DNA of 64,000 nt from Azolla caroliniana (taxonomy: Eukaryota > Plantae > Polypodiophyta). Under the pieces are notes generated by a model that ran no database searches, was not told the DNA's origin, and was given only the letters and a program-made list of their open reading frames with translations. The position numbers and the translations under genes are program-made. Numbering within the stretch: position 1 is the stretch's first letter; each line of letters begins with the position of its first letter. Where the stretch lies: the NCBI GenBank assembly GCA_043228905.1, contig JBHGNT010000011.1, positions 15,686,001-15,750,000 on the forward strand, written 5' to 3'. Of the stretch, positions 13,498-26,278 are shown in pieces.

Positions 13498-13524
13498 ACG
13501 TAACGTAACGTCGTTGACGTCGAC
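13498..13524 (+). promoter_or_regulatory. Cluster of four ACGT cores including TGACGTC (candidate bZIP/TGA sites) next to a CT-rich tract, upstream of the ABCG gene
   Basis: ACGTAACGTAACGTCGTTGACGTCGAC follows a (CT)n/(CTT)n tract at 13380-13480. Confidence 0.45.
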
Positions 13525-15392
13525 AAATGCAATCGCGTCACACTCTCCTGCTGTTCTGATTCTCATCCTTTTTCCATCTCCATCTCCATCTCCATCGCCA
13601 TCGCCATCGCCAAAATCTTCACTTCTTATCGATCCCTCATGTACTGCATTTCCTCGACTTCTGCAGGCATCACGTAGTGAAGGATTCTAAGAAGAAAGAA
13701 GGAAGAAGAAGAAGAAGAAGAAGAAGAAGAGGAAAAGGATGAGGAAGGCGCAACAGAAGGACCGTCAGGAAGAGATTACTATTCAAAAGGAATAATCATC
13801 GCAGTTAGCGGGGAACGCGATTCAGCAGAAGCAAACGAAGAAGCGAAACAAGACAGAAACTTTGAGAGTCGAAGAAGAATTACCAGAGCCAGCAGTAATA
13901 GCGACTTGAGCAGTTACAGCGGAAGAAGAAAAAGAAGAAGGCGCAAGCTAACTAGAATCGAATGCAAGTAAATCCGAATTGCCAGGAATTATAGCGAAGC
14001 AGAAGGAGAGGGAGAAAGAATTAGCAGGGAGAGCGAAGCAGCAGCAGAAAGAAGACGATGAAGAAGTTAATTACGTAATCCACAAGACTTCGTATTGTTA
14101 TTATTATCAACGAAAAGCCTTCGTTCAGTAGTTATATATTCAGAAGTTCAAGAAACTGTTTTTTTTCTTTTTCTTATGTTCCCTTACGCACGTAGTCATC
14201 GTAATCGTTTGTTTTGTTTTCTGCACGATTCTTGTTCCTCTCCTGCTCATCAGCTTTCAGCTTCTTACAACCAGCCTGATTAGACACTGCAAAAGATTCA
14301 TAGTTGTTTGCATGCTTTCTTTTCTTCTTCTGAGGTTTCAATTTCCGAGAAGCAATCTGAGTACATATTAAGAGAATGCAGTTTGTATGTTCTGATTTTG
14401 TACAGTAACCAAATCGCAATCGCAGGTATTGAAAACAATCAACTTCTGTGATTTTTTTTTTCTCCAAAATTTCGACCGCTCTTTTAAACTTAAAAAGAAA
14501 GGAAACGGAAAAGGTGGTTTTCATCTTTTCTTGTTTTTTGTTCAAATAAATGAAGAGGAAACTTTGGATTGTCGTCAGCCTCATCGTCATCTTTTTGCTT
14601 CCAGAATCCATAGCAAGCTTCTTATATCACAATTCAAAAAAAGAAAAAACAAAAGCTGTTTTACACGCAGCTGCTTCGGCAATACATTGTTTTTTTTTTT
14701 CTACATACAAACTAAACCCCACTCCCCGCCCCTACCAATGGAACATTTACACGTAAGATGATGAACAGGGCGGCTTAGATGGCTATATGTTCAAATGTCT
14801 GTGTGTTTCTCTAAATTATTGAGTTACTGTTTACTACTACCAGAAATTAAAACCCATCCCTCTTCATATTTGTAATCAAAATTTGGCCTTCTGTCTTTGA
14901 ACTAAATGTCTATAATTCCTTTCCAATGAATTTATCCTTCCAAACTATTTCTTGCTTTCCGGATGCAATTATCCTTCCCAATCTCTCCTTTCTTGGATTT
15001 AATTAGCGTCTCAAATTCCTCATACTTTGGAATTATATCCTTGGCAATTTTTTTCCTTTTAATTTAACGTCCTTGCATGACACTATTTCTCATACAAATT
15101 TGATATAGTATGAGCAATAATATGTCTCTGCAATATTTTATTCTAAATTCCCATTATTCCTTGATATAGTCTATTAATCATCCTAATTTCTGTTCCTCGA
15201 TTGAACTAATGGCAATGAATGAATCATACCACCAGTCATTCTAACTCAAATCACTTGTCTTCGTTATCTCTATCCAGCCAAAGAACTGCGCAGTGAATAT
15301 TACACACTAAAAAGTATTGTTTGATTGATTGATCCAAAATACTTCAAAAGAAGAAGAAGAAGCATCTCGAATATATACGCACACACATAAGT

Positions 15393-18300
15393 ATGGCGAG
15401 CTCTGCGGTACCAGAAGGAGACATTTGGTTTGAGAGGAAGCATGGAGGATCGAGGCTATGGCAAGACACTGGAGACGGGAAGCTGGCCTTCTCCAAGAGG
15501 TTGAGCATGGACAACGCGGATGAAGAAGACGATCTGGAAGCACTTAAGTGGGCAGCCCTTGAGAAACTTCCTACGTATAGGCGTGTTCACACTGCTATGC
15601 TCGAGGCAGAAGAAGCAGAGTTAGAAGCCATGAAGAAGGAGAAAAAGAGCATATTAGGCGGTTCTGGTTCTCGTCCTGTGGATGTTCGGCGCCTCGCCAG
15701 AGGGCAACGTCAACTTGTTCTCCACAAGGCATTTGCTACTACTGACCAAGATAATGAACGTCTCCTCATACGCCTCAAAGAAAGGCTCGACCGGTAAAAC
15801 ATATTAAACTATAAGCCTGTTCATGATATTATTATATATATGTGTCTGTTGTTCTTATCTTTAGGTATATATACATACATTGACAGATGGATCGATAAAA
15901 GAAGTTAACATAAATAACTACTATATAATCTTGTGCAGATGATTATAGATACATATACAAATATTTGTGTATTGTTTAGACCTTCCCTATGCGATTATAT
16001 ATTGATCATTCTCGGTACCACATAATCCTTATACCATCATAGAAGTCTATTCTATCATTAATTTTACGATATTTCTAGCTTTAATTGATCATTCTGTGTA
16101 CATAATCCTGCCATTTTAGGTGCCCTCAAATGTTCATTTTCCGTACGTAATATTACCATTTAGGTGCCTTCAATTCAGTTCATTCTTAGCACATAATCCT
16201 ACCAGTTAAGTTGTCTTTAAAGCGTTACTTGTTTATGACTTGTTCATCATAAACTCGGCAAACCAGTTTTATACGTTTAGCCGACTCAATTTTACTTCAT
16301 AATCCAAGACAATCCTACCAATTTTCCTTCATCTTTAAGGCGTAAATCACCCAGCTAAGCCCATCATCCTATGGTTTGATTCAAATCTTTACCATTTTGG
16401 GTTGCTGTGGTGCGTAATCCTGTGTTTTAGGTTGTCTTTAGGCCTAACAAGAAAATTCTCAGTACATAATCCTATCGTTTTACGTTTCCTGAACAATACT
16501 AAAGCTTACCATTTTAGGTTCCCAAATCAATCATTCTGATCCGTACATAATCCTAAGTTTGCCATCCATCATTCTCTCAGTATATAGTCCTAGAAATTTG
16601 GGCTGCTTGTATGGCCTAATCATTCTCGGTGCTTAATTTTACCAAATTTAGTTACATGCAGGTATTTCCTAATTGATCAATCTTGGTTTACAATCCAATT
16701 GTTTAGCCTGATCAATCATTTTTGACACATAATCCAACCAATTTAATTTGCATTTAGACATAGTCAATCGTTCTTGGTACATAATTGTACTCACTTCTGC
16801 TATCTTTAGCTCACTCTGGTCATTCTCATGAGAGTACATAAAATTATGCATTTTCTTGCTACAGGGTGGGTCTAGAGCTGTCCACTGTTGAGGTTCGATT
16901 CGAAAACCTGATTGTCAGTGCGGATGTTCATGTAGGAAGCCGAGCCCTTCCAACCCTTACAAATTTTGTTAGAAACATTCTAGAGGTAATGATTGCGCTA
17001 ACTAGTGTTCTACTATGTAGTATACCACACGTTACCTTTGAATCACTGTATAATTAACAAATAAAAGTTCCATCAATCGACTGACTTCTTGTAACTGTCT
17101 ACAAATGATATAGAATTGTTTGACAGGAATTAATGTTCTTCCTTCAAAGAAGGTGGACTTTCCTATACTACGAAACGTGTCTGGAGTGATCAAACCTGGA
17201 AGGTAATTATGTACTTCAGTTTGCTCAACAAATGGATTTTCAGGAATATAAATTAGAGCATTTTCCGATTCTGAATGTTAAATCTCTCTTGAATGTATTT
17301 GTAATCAGGATGGCTTTGCTCCTAGGACCTCCCGGTTCTGGAAAGACAACTTTACTCCATGCGTTGGCTGCAAAGTTGGAACCTGAGCTTCGGGTATGTA
17401 TTAATTCATCACAGTGATTGACCTATTAAGATTTCCCTAATTTGTTATTCGCTTACATCTTCCTTGTATGTAGCGTAGCGCATCATATGTTGTTAAAAGT
17501 AATTATAAATAATTTGTAGTTTCAGGTTGTAAGTTAGAGTTATGCAATTAACGCACCCACTATATATTTGGGTCACACCGCATCATCTGCTTTGCTTGAA
17601 ATTGGAGATGTAAGAGTCCAAATCTGAACGCTTCATGTATATACCTCTAAAGCCATATAATAAACTGCTTTTAAGTTGCCTCAAATTTGTCATTTTATCG
17701 CTAATCTATTCATACACACAACATTGGTATTAATAATTACTTTGTATTTAAAACAGCAAGAAAATGCTTTGTATCTCTCTGACACACATCTCTTATCTCA
17801 AAGATGCATGTTGAACTGCTTCTTAATTGTCTTAAAATGGTATTCTAGTTGCTAATCTAGTCAACATAAAATATTGCTAGCAACAATTGCATCATTATGT
17901 CAAATCTAATGTTAAGGACAATATCATAACAAACACAACAATACTGCTCAAATCACAGAGAAAGGGAACAATCACATACAATGGTCACAACTTCTCCGAG
18001 TTTGTGCCTCAAAGAACTAGTTCATACATCAGCCAGACTGATAACCACATTGGTGAACTCACAGTCAGAGAAACCCTAGACTTTGCAGCCCGGTGTCAAG
18101 GGGTTGGATTTAAAAATGGTAAGACCTCTTATTATTTAATGATATTAACCAACAAGTTATGGATATATACAGATTTGTTATATTCATTGTGATATATACA
18201 GATTTGTTGATAGAGCTTGGAAGGAGAGAGAGGCAGCAGAATATTCGTCCAGATCCTGATATTGATGCATTCATGAAGGTAATTAAGTGTTACTATCGCA

Positions 18301-21300
18301 TTAGGTAAAGTAAACAATTGTGTCTCTTAAACTGCTGGTATAGACTTAAAAGTGCGTTTCCTTATGCTCCAGGCAATGGCAGTCGAAGGAAATAAACACA
18401 GCCTTTCAACAGATTACATCATGAAAGTCCTTGGACTTGAAATATGTGCTGACACTGTTGTGGGCAATGATATGTTGCGAGGAGTTTCAGGAGGACAAAA
18501 GAAAAGAGTGACCACAGGTAAATTTATAATACAGTTGTTTTGATTTAGATTCTCACATGAAGTATAATCATCTATTTACTGATTCTCATCAAAGCTGAGA
18601 ATGCAATATAATATTTAGGAGAAATGGTGGTTGGACCAAAAAAGACGCTCTTCATGGATGAGATTTCCACTGGCCTTGACAGCTCAACAACCTATCAAAT
18701 AGTGAAGTGTGTATCCAACTTTGTTCACCTTCTACAAGGCACTGTGTTGATGGCTCTATTGCAACCTGCACCAGAGACGTTTGAACTCTTTGATGATGTC
18801 ATACTAATCTCTGAAGGGTACATTGTATATCTCGGCCCACGTGACAGAATTTTGGAGTTTTTTGAGTCCCTCGGATTCAGGATACCCCCTCGGAAAGGCA
18901 TAGCTGACTTCCTGCAAGAGGTAAAAAATTACTTCTAGAATGAATAAAGTTATATTAATGCCCTCTGAAGGCTGAGTTCAACCTATAGGGGGAAACCGGA
19001 CAGTCGTTGCATTCCAATTATACAAAAAGAAACTGAAGAGTGTTGGTTAATCCATGTTATAGCCATTGCATTCCAATGATACAAAAAATGAAACTGAAAA
19101 GTATTGGTTAATCCAAACATGAATTTGTCATTACTAAATTAATGGGGGGAAAACTTAAGTGTTTCCTGACATAATACAGTATCATAAACCTACAAAACAA
19201 TGTGTTCAGGTTACCTCACGAAAGGATCAGGAACAATATTGGGCAGACAAGAACAAACCTTATCAGTTTATGCCAGTCTCTATCATGGCAAAAGCTTTTA
19301 CCGAGTTTGAGGTTGGGATAGCAGTCAAGGATTACCTCAGAGTTCCATATGATAAGTCTGCAAGCCATCCTGCTGCACTAGTGAAGAAAAGATATGCTTT
19401 ACACAAATGGGAGCTCTTTAAAGCTTGCACAGAGAGAGAGATATTGCTTATTTCAAGGAACCGATTTTTGTACATTTTCAGGACTTGTCAGGTACAATAA
19501 GTCCCAAACATGTGAGTCCGTACCATAGAAATATATCTAATTGCAGTTCTACTGGAACCTGTAAATTTCCTTTACAGGTTGGATTTGTAGCATTCATTAC
19601 TGGAACGCTATTTCTTCGAACAAGACTAAGTCCCACAGATGAAAATAATGGATTTCTTTACTTGAGCACTCTTTTCTTTGCGCTAGTGCACATGATGTTC
19701 AATGGTTTGTCAGAGATGACAATTACAGTCGCAAGGCTTCCTGTGCTTTACAAACAAAGAGACAACCTTTTCTATCCTTCTTGGGCCTTTTCAATCCCTA
19801 GTTGGATATTGCGGATCCCTTATTCATTAGTCGAATCAATAATTTGGTCATGTGTGGTTTATTATGTTGTCGGATTGGCACCTGAACCTGGAAGGTAGAA
19901 TCTTTAGTATCATCTCCTAGTAGAAATAGAATCGATGTGATGTGGTTAGTTTGGATTAAACCAAAAATTGCTCCTGGTTAATTGTAGGTTTTTCCGATAC
20001 ATGTTTTTGCTATTCTTAATGCATCAAATGGCAATTTCTCTTTTTCGTCTCATTGGAGCTCTTGGAAGAACTATGGTGGTTGCACATACATTTGGATCAT
20101 TTGCCCTCATGGTCATCTTTTTACTTGGTGGATTTGTTATTTCAAAAGGTAAGGGTGATTCACCATTTACTATGTTGAGACAATTGTTACTAGATTTAGA
20201 AATAATTAAGCCTCATATTTTACATCCCAATGGCAGACAACATACATCCATGGTGGCTTTGGGCCTATTGGGTCTCTCCTTTGTCCTATGCACAAAATGC
20301 GATAGCCGTGAATGAGTTCCTTTCACCACGATGGCAGAAGGTGATTCTCTCCTTCGTCTTGTAGCTCTAGGATGATTAATCTTTATTTATTAATACACTT
20401 GTAGTACATTTTTTCATAACGGGTTGATTTTCTTTGACTCTTTCCAAACAGTCAACTTTCAACGGACATGGAACTCTGTCCACAAATATTCTCACATCAC
20501 GAGGACTTATGACACAGGAATATTGGTACTGGGTGTCTGTCGGTGTACTGGTTGGGTACACATTTCTATTCAATATCTTAGTGACAGTGGCACTTCATTA
20601 TCTGAATCGTAAGATTCTGTCGTGACATGTTAGTTTATTAGTTATCCTCTAATCATTATATCATATTAACTTTGGGTAACCTGCAGCCTTGGGTAAGGAC
20701 CATGCGCTAACCTCTGAAGAAGTACTGAAAGGTGGTGAGAATCAGGATCGAGTTTCATCTGAGAAAGGTGATGACAACGGTGCATGTGTTATTTGGCAAG
20801 GTTGGGAAAACAAATGGAATATTCATGTGTTTAATGGTGAAACTATCGCAGAATATGGTGGCAGTCAAGGAAGAATTCAGCAGAAAACAACTAATATTTC
20901 TAATTTTGGTACGAGAAAAGGAATGACACTTCCTTTCCAACCTCTTTCCCTAACATTCCACAATGTTTCCTACTATGTGGACATGCCTCCAGTAAGTAAA
21001 AAATGTTGACTTTGATTGTACTTCGAATCATTTCACGCATGAACCTTCATCATTGACTATTGCCAATGACAGGAGATGAGAAATGAAGGTGCAACAAGTG
21101 ATCGTTTACAACTGCTGAACAATGTTAGTGGTGCATTCAGACCTGGAGTGTTAACTGCTCTGGTTGGGGTTAGTGGTGCTGGGAAGACAACTTTGATGGA
21201 CGTGCTTGCTGGAAGAAAAACTGGTGGATACATTGAAGGAGACATAAGGGTTTCTGGATACCCCAAAAAGCAGGAAACATTTGCTCGTGTGGCAGGCTAT

Positions 21301-24300
21301 GTCGAACAGACAGATATACATTCTCCTCAACTAACAATCTATGAATCTCTACAGTACTCCTCATGGCTGCGATTAGCCAAAGAGACCAATGCGCATACAC
21401 GCCAGGTACAAAACCAGTACTCACATTTGGAAGACTTGACCATTTGTAATTGACCTAGTAATGATTGGCAACTTCATAGAAAGCATGAATTGTGATTAAA
21501 ATGTGGATAAGTTAAGTCAGATTATCTGCAAAAAACTCACACCACCATGCAAAAACTATATAGGGCTTGACTTGAACTCAAGGACCCTCAATTCACAAGT
21601 CTGAAAACTTTACAATATTGCCAAGCTTGCTTGAAACTGGCAGATCTCAAAGTCAAAACACCCAAATATGTAAATAAATCAACGTTATCCATGGCAGGGG
21701 CATCGGGAAACAAAAACATATAGATCTATTTGCAGGTTCCTTTCAGTGTACTTATTAATTGTTCATTTTGTCTTGTGCCATAAAGATAGTACGATTGAGC
21801 AAATGCATTAAATTCTATATGAGTGTGTGTGCACAAGCACAAATGATTGTGGTGTAATGATATATGTCCTTTGTTGCAAGAAAAAGAAGATAATGCATTC
21901 ACAATTTCGGTTATTTATTATTTATACCATTATACACAGATCTATGCAAGTATAAAGAGATTTTCTTAATCACAAAGAAGAAAAAAATATATATTTCTGA
22001 AAACAATGAAAATGAATTATCTATGAAAATTGCTTACTTTTATACATCTCTTGACTGTCATGGGTAATGAAGATTTCTGAGCTTGAACTTTTGGCCATCA
22101 GATTTTTGTTGAGGAAGTAATGAAGCTGATTGAGTTGGACACTCTCCAAAATGCAGTAGTTGGGCTCCCAGGTACCAGTGGACTTTCTACAGAACAAAGG
22201 AAACGCCTCACAATTGCAGTGGAGCTTGTCGCAAATCCATCTATAATCTTTATGGATGAGCCAACATCAGGTTTGGATGCTCGTGCAGCAGCAATAGTGA
22301 TGCGCACTGTCAGAAATACAGTTGATACAGGGAGAACTGTTGTCTGCACTATTCACCAGCCAAGCATTGATATATTTGAGTCTTTCGATGAGGTATGTGC
22401 AGCAACATTATTCATCTATACTGTAAGAGTTCATTTGAAAAATGTCTAGCTACAAATGAATGAAACTTTTAAAATATGTGTATAATGGTATAAATCTAAA
22501 CCCTAAACCCTAAACCCTTTCTTTTCCAAAAAAGATGCAGTCAATTACCTTTTTACTGAAAGAGACAAGATACAATAATCACATGTAGAACATACTTTGG
22601 CATAATGGTATACCTAAGGAAACCAAAATCACCCACACCATTAGAAACAGATCAGCCGGAACAGAAAATGGTATCAAAGGAAACCAAAACCACATACACC
22701 CTTAACAAGAAAATAGAAAATATGTAAGCCAGAAATTCAACTACCACATTTAAAGATGGAGATGTTCAGCAAATGCCTTCTGCCGAGCTCAAAGATCAAC
22801 TTACTTGAGTAGAATGCACGACAAACTGGAACAAATGCCCTCAAGACTCTGACCCTGTGCTGTTGAGGAAACAACTCCAACTTGTGCACCTTCAAACCAA
22901 AGCACAACCTCTCCAGAATCCCAATGTTCTTTTCCACATTAATGTTCACCAGATTCTACAAACTTAAACCCATGTTTTATCCAACATACCCAGAGCTACA
23001 TCCGTTCTGGTTTGTGTTCCCTAGAAGTGAGCCAGTACATTTAGAAAAGCTAAAACAAGTATTAAGCCACATGCACACTGGTCTTTCATAATATCCAAAA
23101 TATGTGAGAAAGTTAATCAGGGTCCTGAATGCAAAAAGGAACTCTCTACTCATCATATTATGTTTCCTGTTAGGAACATGCAATTACAACAGGCTCTCAT
23201 AATATCTCCTAGGCTTATAAGTAGTCAAAGTCCAAACACTGGCCATGAATTCTTATCTCGATGATCAAACACATTTGGTCCTATCTAATGTAGATCCTCA
23301 GTGTCCAATGATAGTGCGCTTGCTACTATAGGACCATAATGTCTCAGTGTTTGGACCTCAATGTTCACACTAATGGAAGCACTCACATTTTAAAGATTTT
23401 TCTTGCATCAACTATTCGAGCCCATCCATTCAATGCTCTTCGAACAGTTTGTAAGTGATAGTGGCAAAAACTTACCAAGACGTTCTCTGATGATCAGGAA
23501 CTGTATTTGGAAGTTTTGTGAATATTATTTTAAGCAAAAGGCCCCACTACAACAAGACTTCCAAAAATCCAATTCATAAATCTCAAGGACAAAACAGGAA
23601 TTCATCACTGTCAAACTTCTACATTAACTAGATAACCCTTAAAGAGAGCTATAGATCCCATATATACAGCCATGATTTATGATGAAAATATTTTCATGCA
23701 CCAAATCTCTTTGTGTGTGATACAGAGTTAAACCTGCATGGACACACACATACCTAAGGAAAAACATACAAAAATACCCGTATTTATTTTGAAACTCCCG
23801 TTATAATTCCAAAATACCACTCAATACTTCATCTCTCCACAATTTTCTCTTTAATGTGGAAGGTTGGAGAAATACAAAAAGGCATTACTTATAAAAATCG
23901 CCCGCATGATAAGGATCAAAACATGAGGTAGTTAGTCGGGAGCAACCCCAATAGTGACATAAGCACAACCATTTAGTTTAAGTAAGCTATCATAGAAAGA
24001 TATTTTTGTATTGCTGTTTTCTTATTTTCTACTTGGATTGACGAGTTTACAACATATGCCATCATGGTCTTTTAGAGATGGTAATATATCTTTCTTTCTA
24101 CTCTGTATGGTCTATTTTCAGACATTGAAGTGTTATGCATTACCTAAGACGAGCATGCCATATTTCAGAGAGTATTTATGGTGTAATAGATATTTTCTTT
24201 ATTAACCTTTCTAGAATCTTAATATTCATGCTCCAAAGTCAATGATGCAATTGTAAAATTTATGCAGCTTATTCTAATGAAACGTGGTGGCCAAATCATA

Positions 24301-26278
24301 TATGGTGGACCTCTTGGACAAAATTCGAGTCTGATGATAGAGTACTTCCAGGTGAGACTCTTAATTTATGTAATAATGTCATTTACTCTGTTTCTTTGAC
24401 TATTGCACTAAATATGCAGGGTTTGTCATCCAGAGATGTTAATTCAAATTGTAATTTTGAATGTATGTTGATGCAGTCTATTGAAGGTGTGTGTCATATA
24501 AAAGAAGGTCAAAATCCAGCAACTTGGATGCTTGAAATAAGCACACCTTATGCTGAAGAGAAGATTGGCAAGGATTTTGCAGATATTTACACGAATTCTG
24601 ACTTATATAAGTAGGATGAGAAGCTTTTCTTACTATGAAACCTCATGACCCTACTGTTTAATATGATTGAAAAGGATCCAAAATTATGCCTACTTGCAGA
24701 CATAGTGAAGCTTTGATAGCGCAGTTGAGCATACCCGAGATAGGGCAGAAAGATCTTGAGTTCTCTACAACATACTCTCAAACAGTTTGGATTCAGTTAT
24801 GTGCATGTCTTTGGAAGCAGCAGTTGACATATTGGAGAAGCCCACATTACAATGTTGTTCGTTTCTTCTTTACTACAGTTTGTGCATTGCTTTTTGGAAC
24901 AATATTCTGGAACTTGGGCTCAAAAAGGTACTAGATACATTTAGTACGATTTTTGTTAAACTAAATAGGACTTTTTCTATTTTTAGATTTTCAATCTCAT
25001 GGATAGTGTACACGATTATATGTAGAGAAACAGAGCAAGACTTATTCAATGTGATGGGTGCTCTCTATGCTGCTGTATTATTTCTTGGTGTCAATAATGC
25101 ATCATCTGTACAACCTGTGGTTGCTGTTGAACGTTCAGTTTATTATAGAGAACGTGCTGCAGGAATGTATGCTGCTCTCCCCTATGCCATGGCTCAGGTG
25201 TGACATTCTAATTTCTTCCTTTGAGTATCTCATCTGATGTGTATGATAATGATTCCTTGCATAATTTACCCAGAGTAATCATAATGATTGTTTTTATCCT
25301 AGGGCTTGGTAGAGATACCATATATCGTCCTGCAGACTATGATTTATGGTATCATCACTTACTCTACAATAAACTTTGAGTGGACTGCAGGTAAGGATGA
25401 ATCCTTCTATCATTTTCTCAACATCAAAATTCTTACATGGAAAACGTAGAGAATCAATTCAATTTTCCTTACTGTGTTCTCAATATTGTTTCCCATTGAT
25501 TTTGCAGGAAAATTCTTCTATTATATGTTATTTATGTTTTTAACATTCACTTACTTCACATTATATGGTATGATGGCTGTCGGGTTATCTCCCTCCCAGC
25601 AAATGGCAGCTGTTGTCTCATCAGCATTCTATTCAATTTGGAATCTGTTTTCAGGCTTCCTTATTCCACTGCCTGTAAGTGATTAGTGTGGTATTGAAAA
25701 TAAAATAAAGATTTTTCAAAGTGGTTCCATTTGGTAAATATCACAATAAATAAAGAAGGATTTCGTTTGATGACATCCAAATTTCAAGCTTATGATTGCA
25801 AACAAAGAGTTTCAAAGTTATTCAATTGATGAAATACAAATATCAAACTTACGAATGCAGAACCAAGAATTTCAAAGTCATTTTATACATTTGTAATGAA
25901 TGCAAAATCAAAAGATTTCAATTAATGAATAATACTAGCTTATTAAGAATTTCTCAGGTGAGCCATAATTAACGTCTTCTTCTTCTTCTTCTTTTATGTA
26001 TCATACAGAGGATACCTGGGTGGTGGTCTTGGTTTTACTACATTAGTCCAGTTGCATGGACTCTACATGGTCTTATTGCATCTCAATTAGGAGATGTAAC
26101 AACAGAAATGACAACCTCAACAGGAAAAATAATGAGAGTTCAAGACTTCATATATGAATACTTTGGCTTCAGACATGATCAACTGGGGCTCTGTGTAATG
26201 GTGTTAGTGGGATTTGTACTGCTTTTCTGGATCATTTTCACCTCATCTATCAAGTTTCTTAACCATCAACATAGATAA
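15393..26278 (+). CDS. ABCG31: Full-size ABCG (PDR) transporter, ABCG31/PDR3-like
   Basis: GT-AG exons read by eye: 15393-15793, 16865-16985, 17114-17202, 17309-17393, 17959-18118, 18202-18278, 18373-18517, 18619-18920, 19210-19491, 19578-19894, 19988-20148, 20237-20340, 20452-20608, 20687-20991, 21073-21405, 22102-22392, 24268-24351, 24477-24610, 24700-24927, 25026-25197, 25303-25390, 25508-25674, 26009-26278. Motifs: [61 protein letters not shown]. The [13 protein letters not shown] and [13 protein letters not shown] segments resemble the ABCG31 clade; the symbol is a clade-level assignment only. Confidence 0.93.
16005..16790 (+). repeat. Degenerate ~40-50-bp minisatellite in ABCG intron 1
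   Basis: Recurring unit TCATTCT(C/G)-GTACATAATCCT-ACCATTTTAGGT, roughly a dozen copies. Confidence 0.7.
22496..22518 (+). repeat. Short interstitial telomeric / telo-box repeat, about (CCCTAAA)3
   Basis: CTAAACCCTAAACCCTAAACCCT in ABCG intron 16. Confidence 0.75.
22737..23183 (-). mobile_element. Possible degenerate RTE-X-like LINE 3' fragment in ABCG intron 16
   Basis: Frame-switching translation gives [28 protein letters not shown] and LERLCF, loosely matching the SHxLxVExGR...RxC region. Confidence 0.3.

Noticed and set aside
12841-13566. Overlapping 70-190-aa ORFs upstream of the ABCG gene
   Set aside because: Low-complexity products of microsatellites and homopolymer runs, with no domain motifs.
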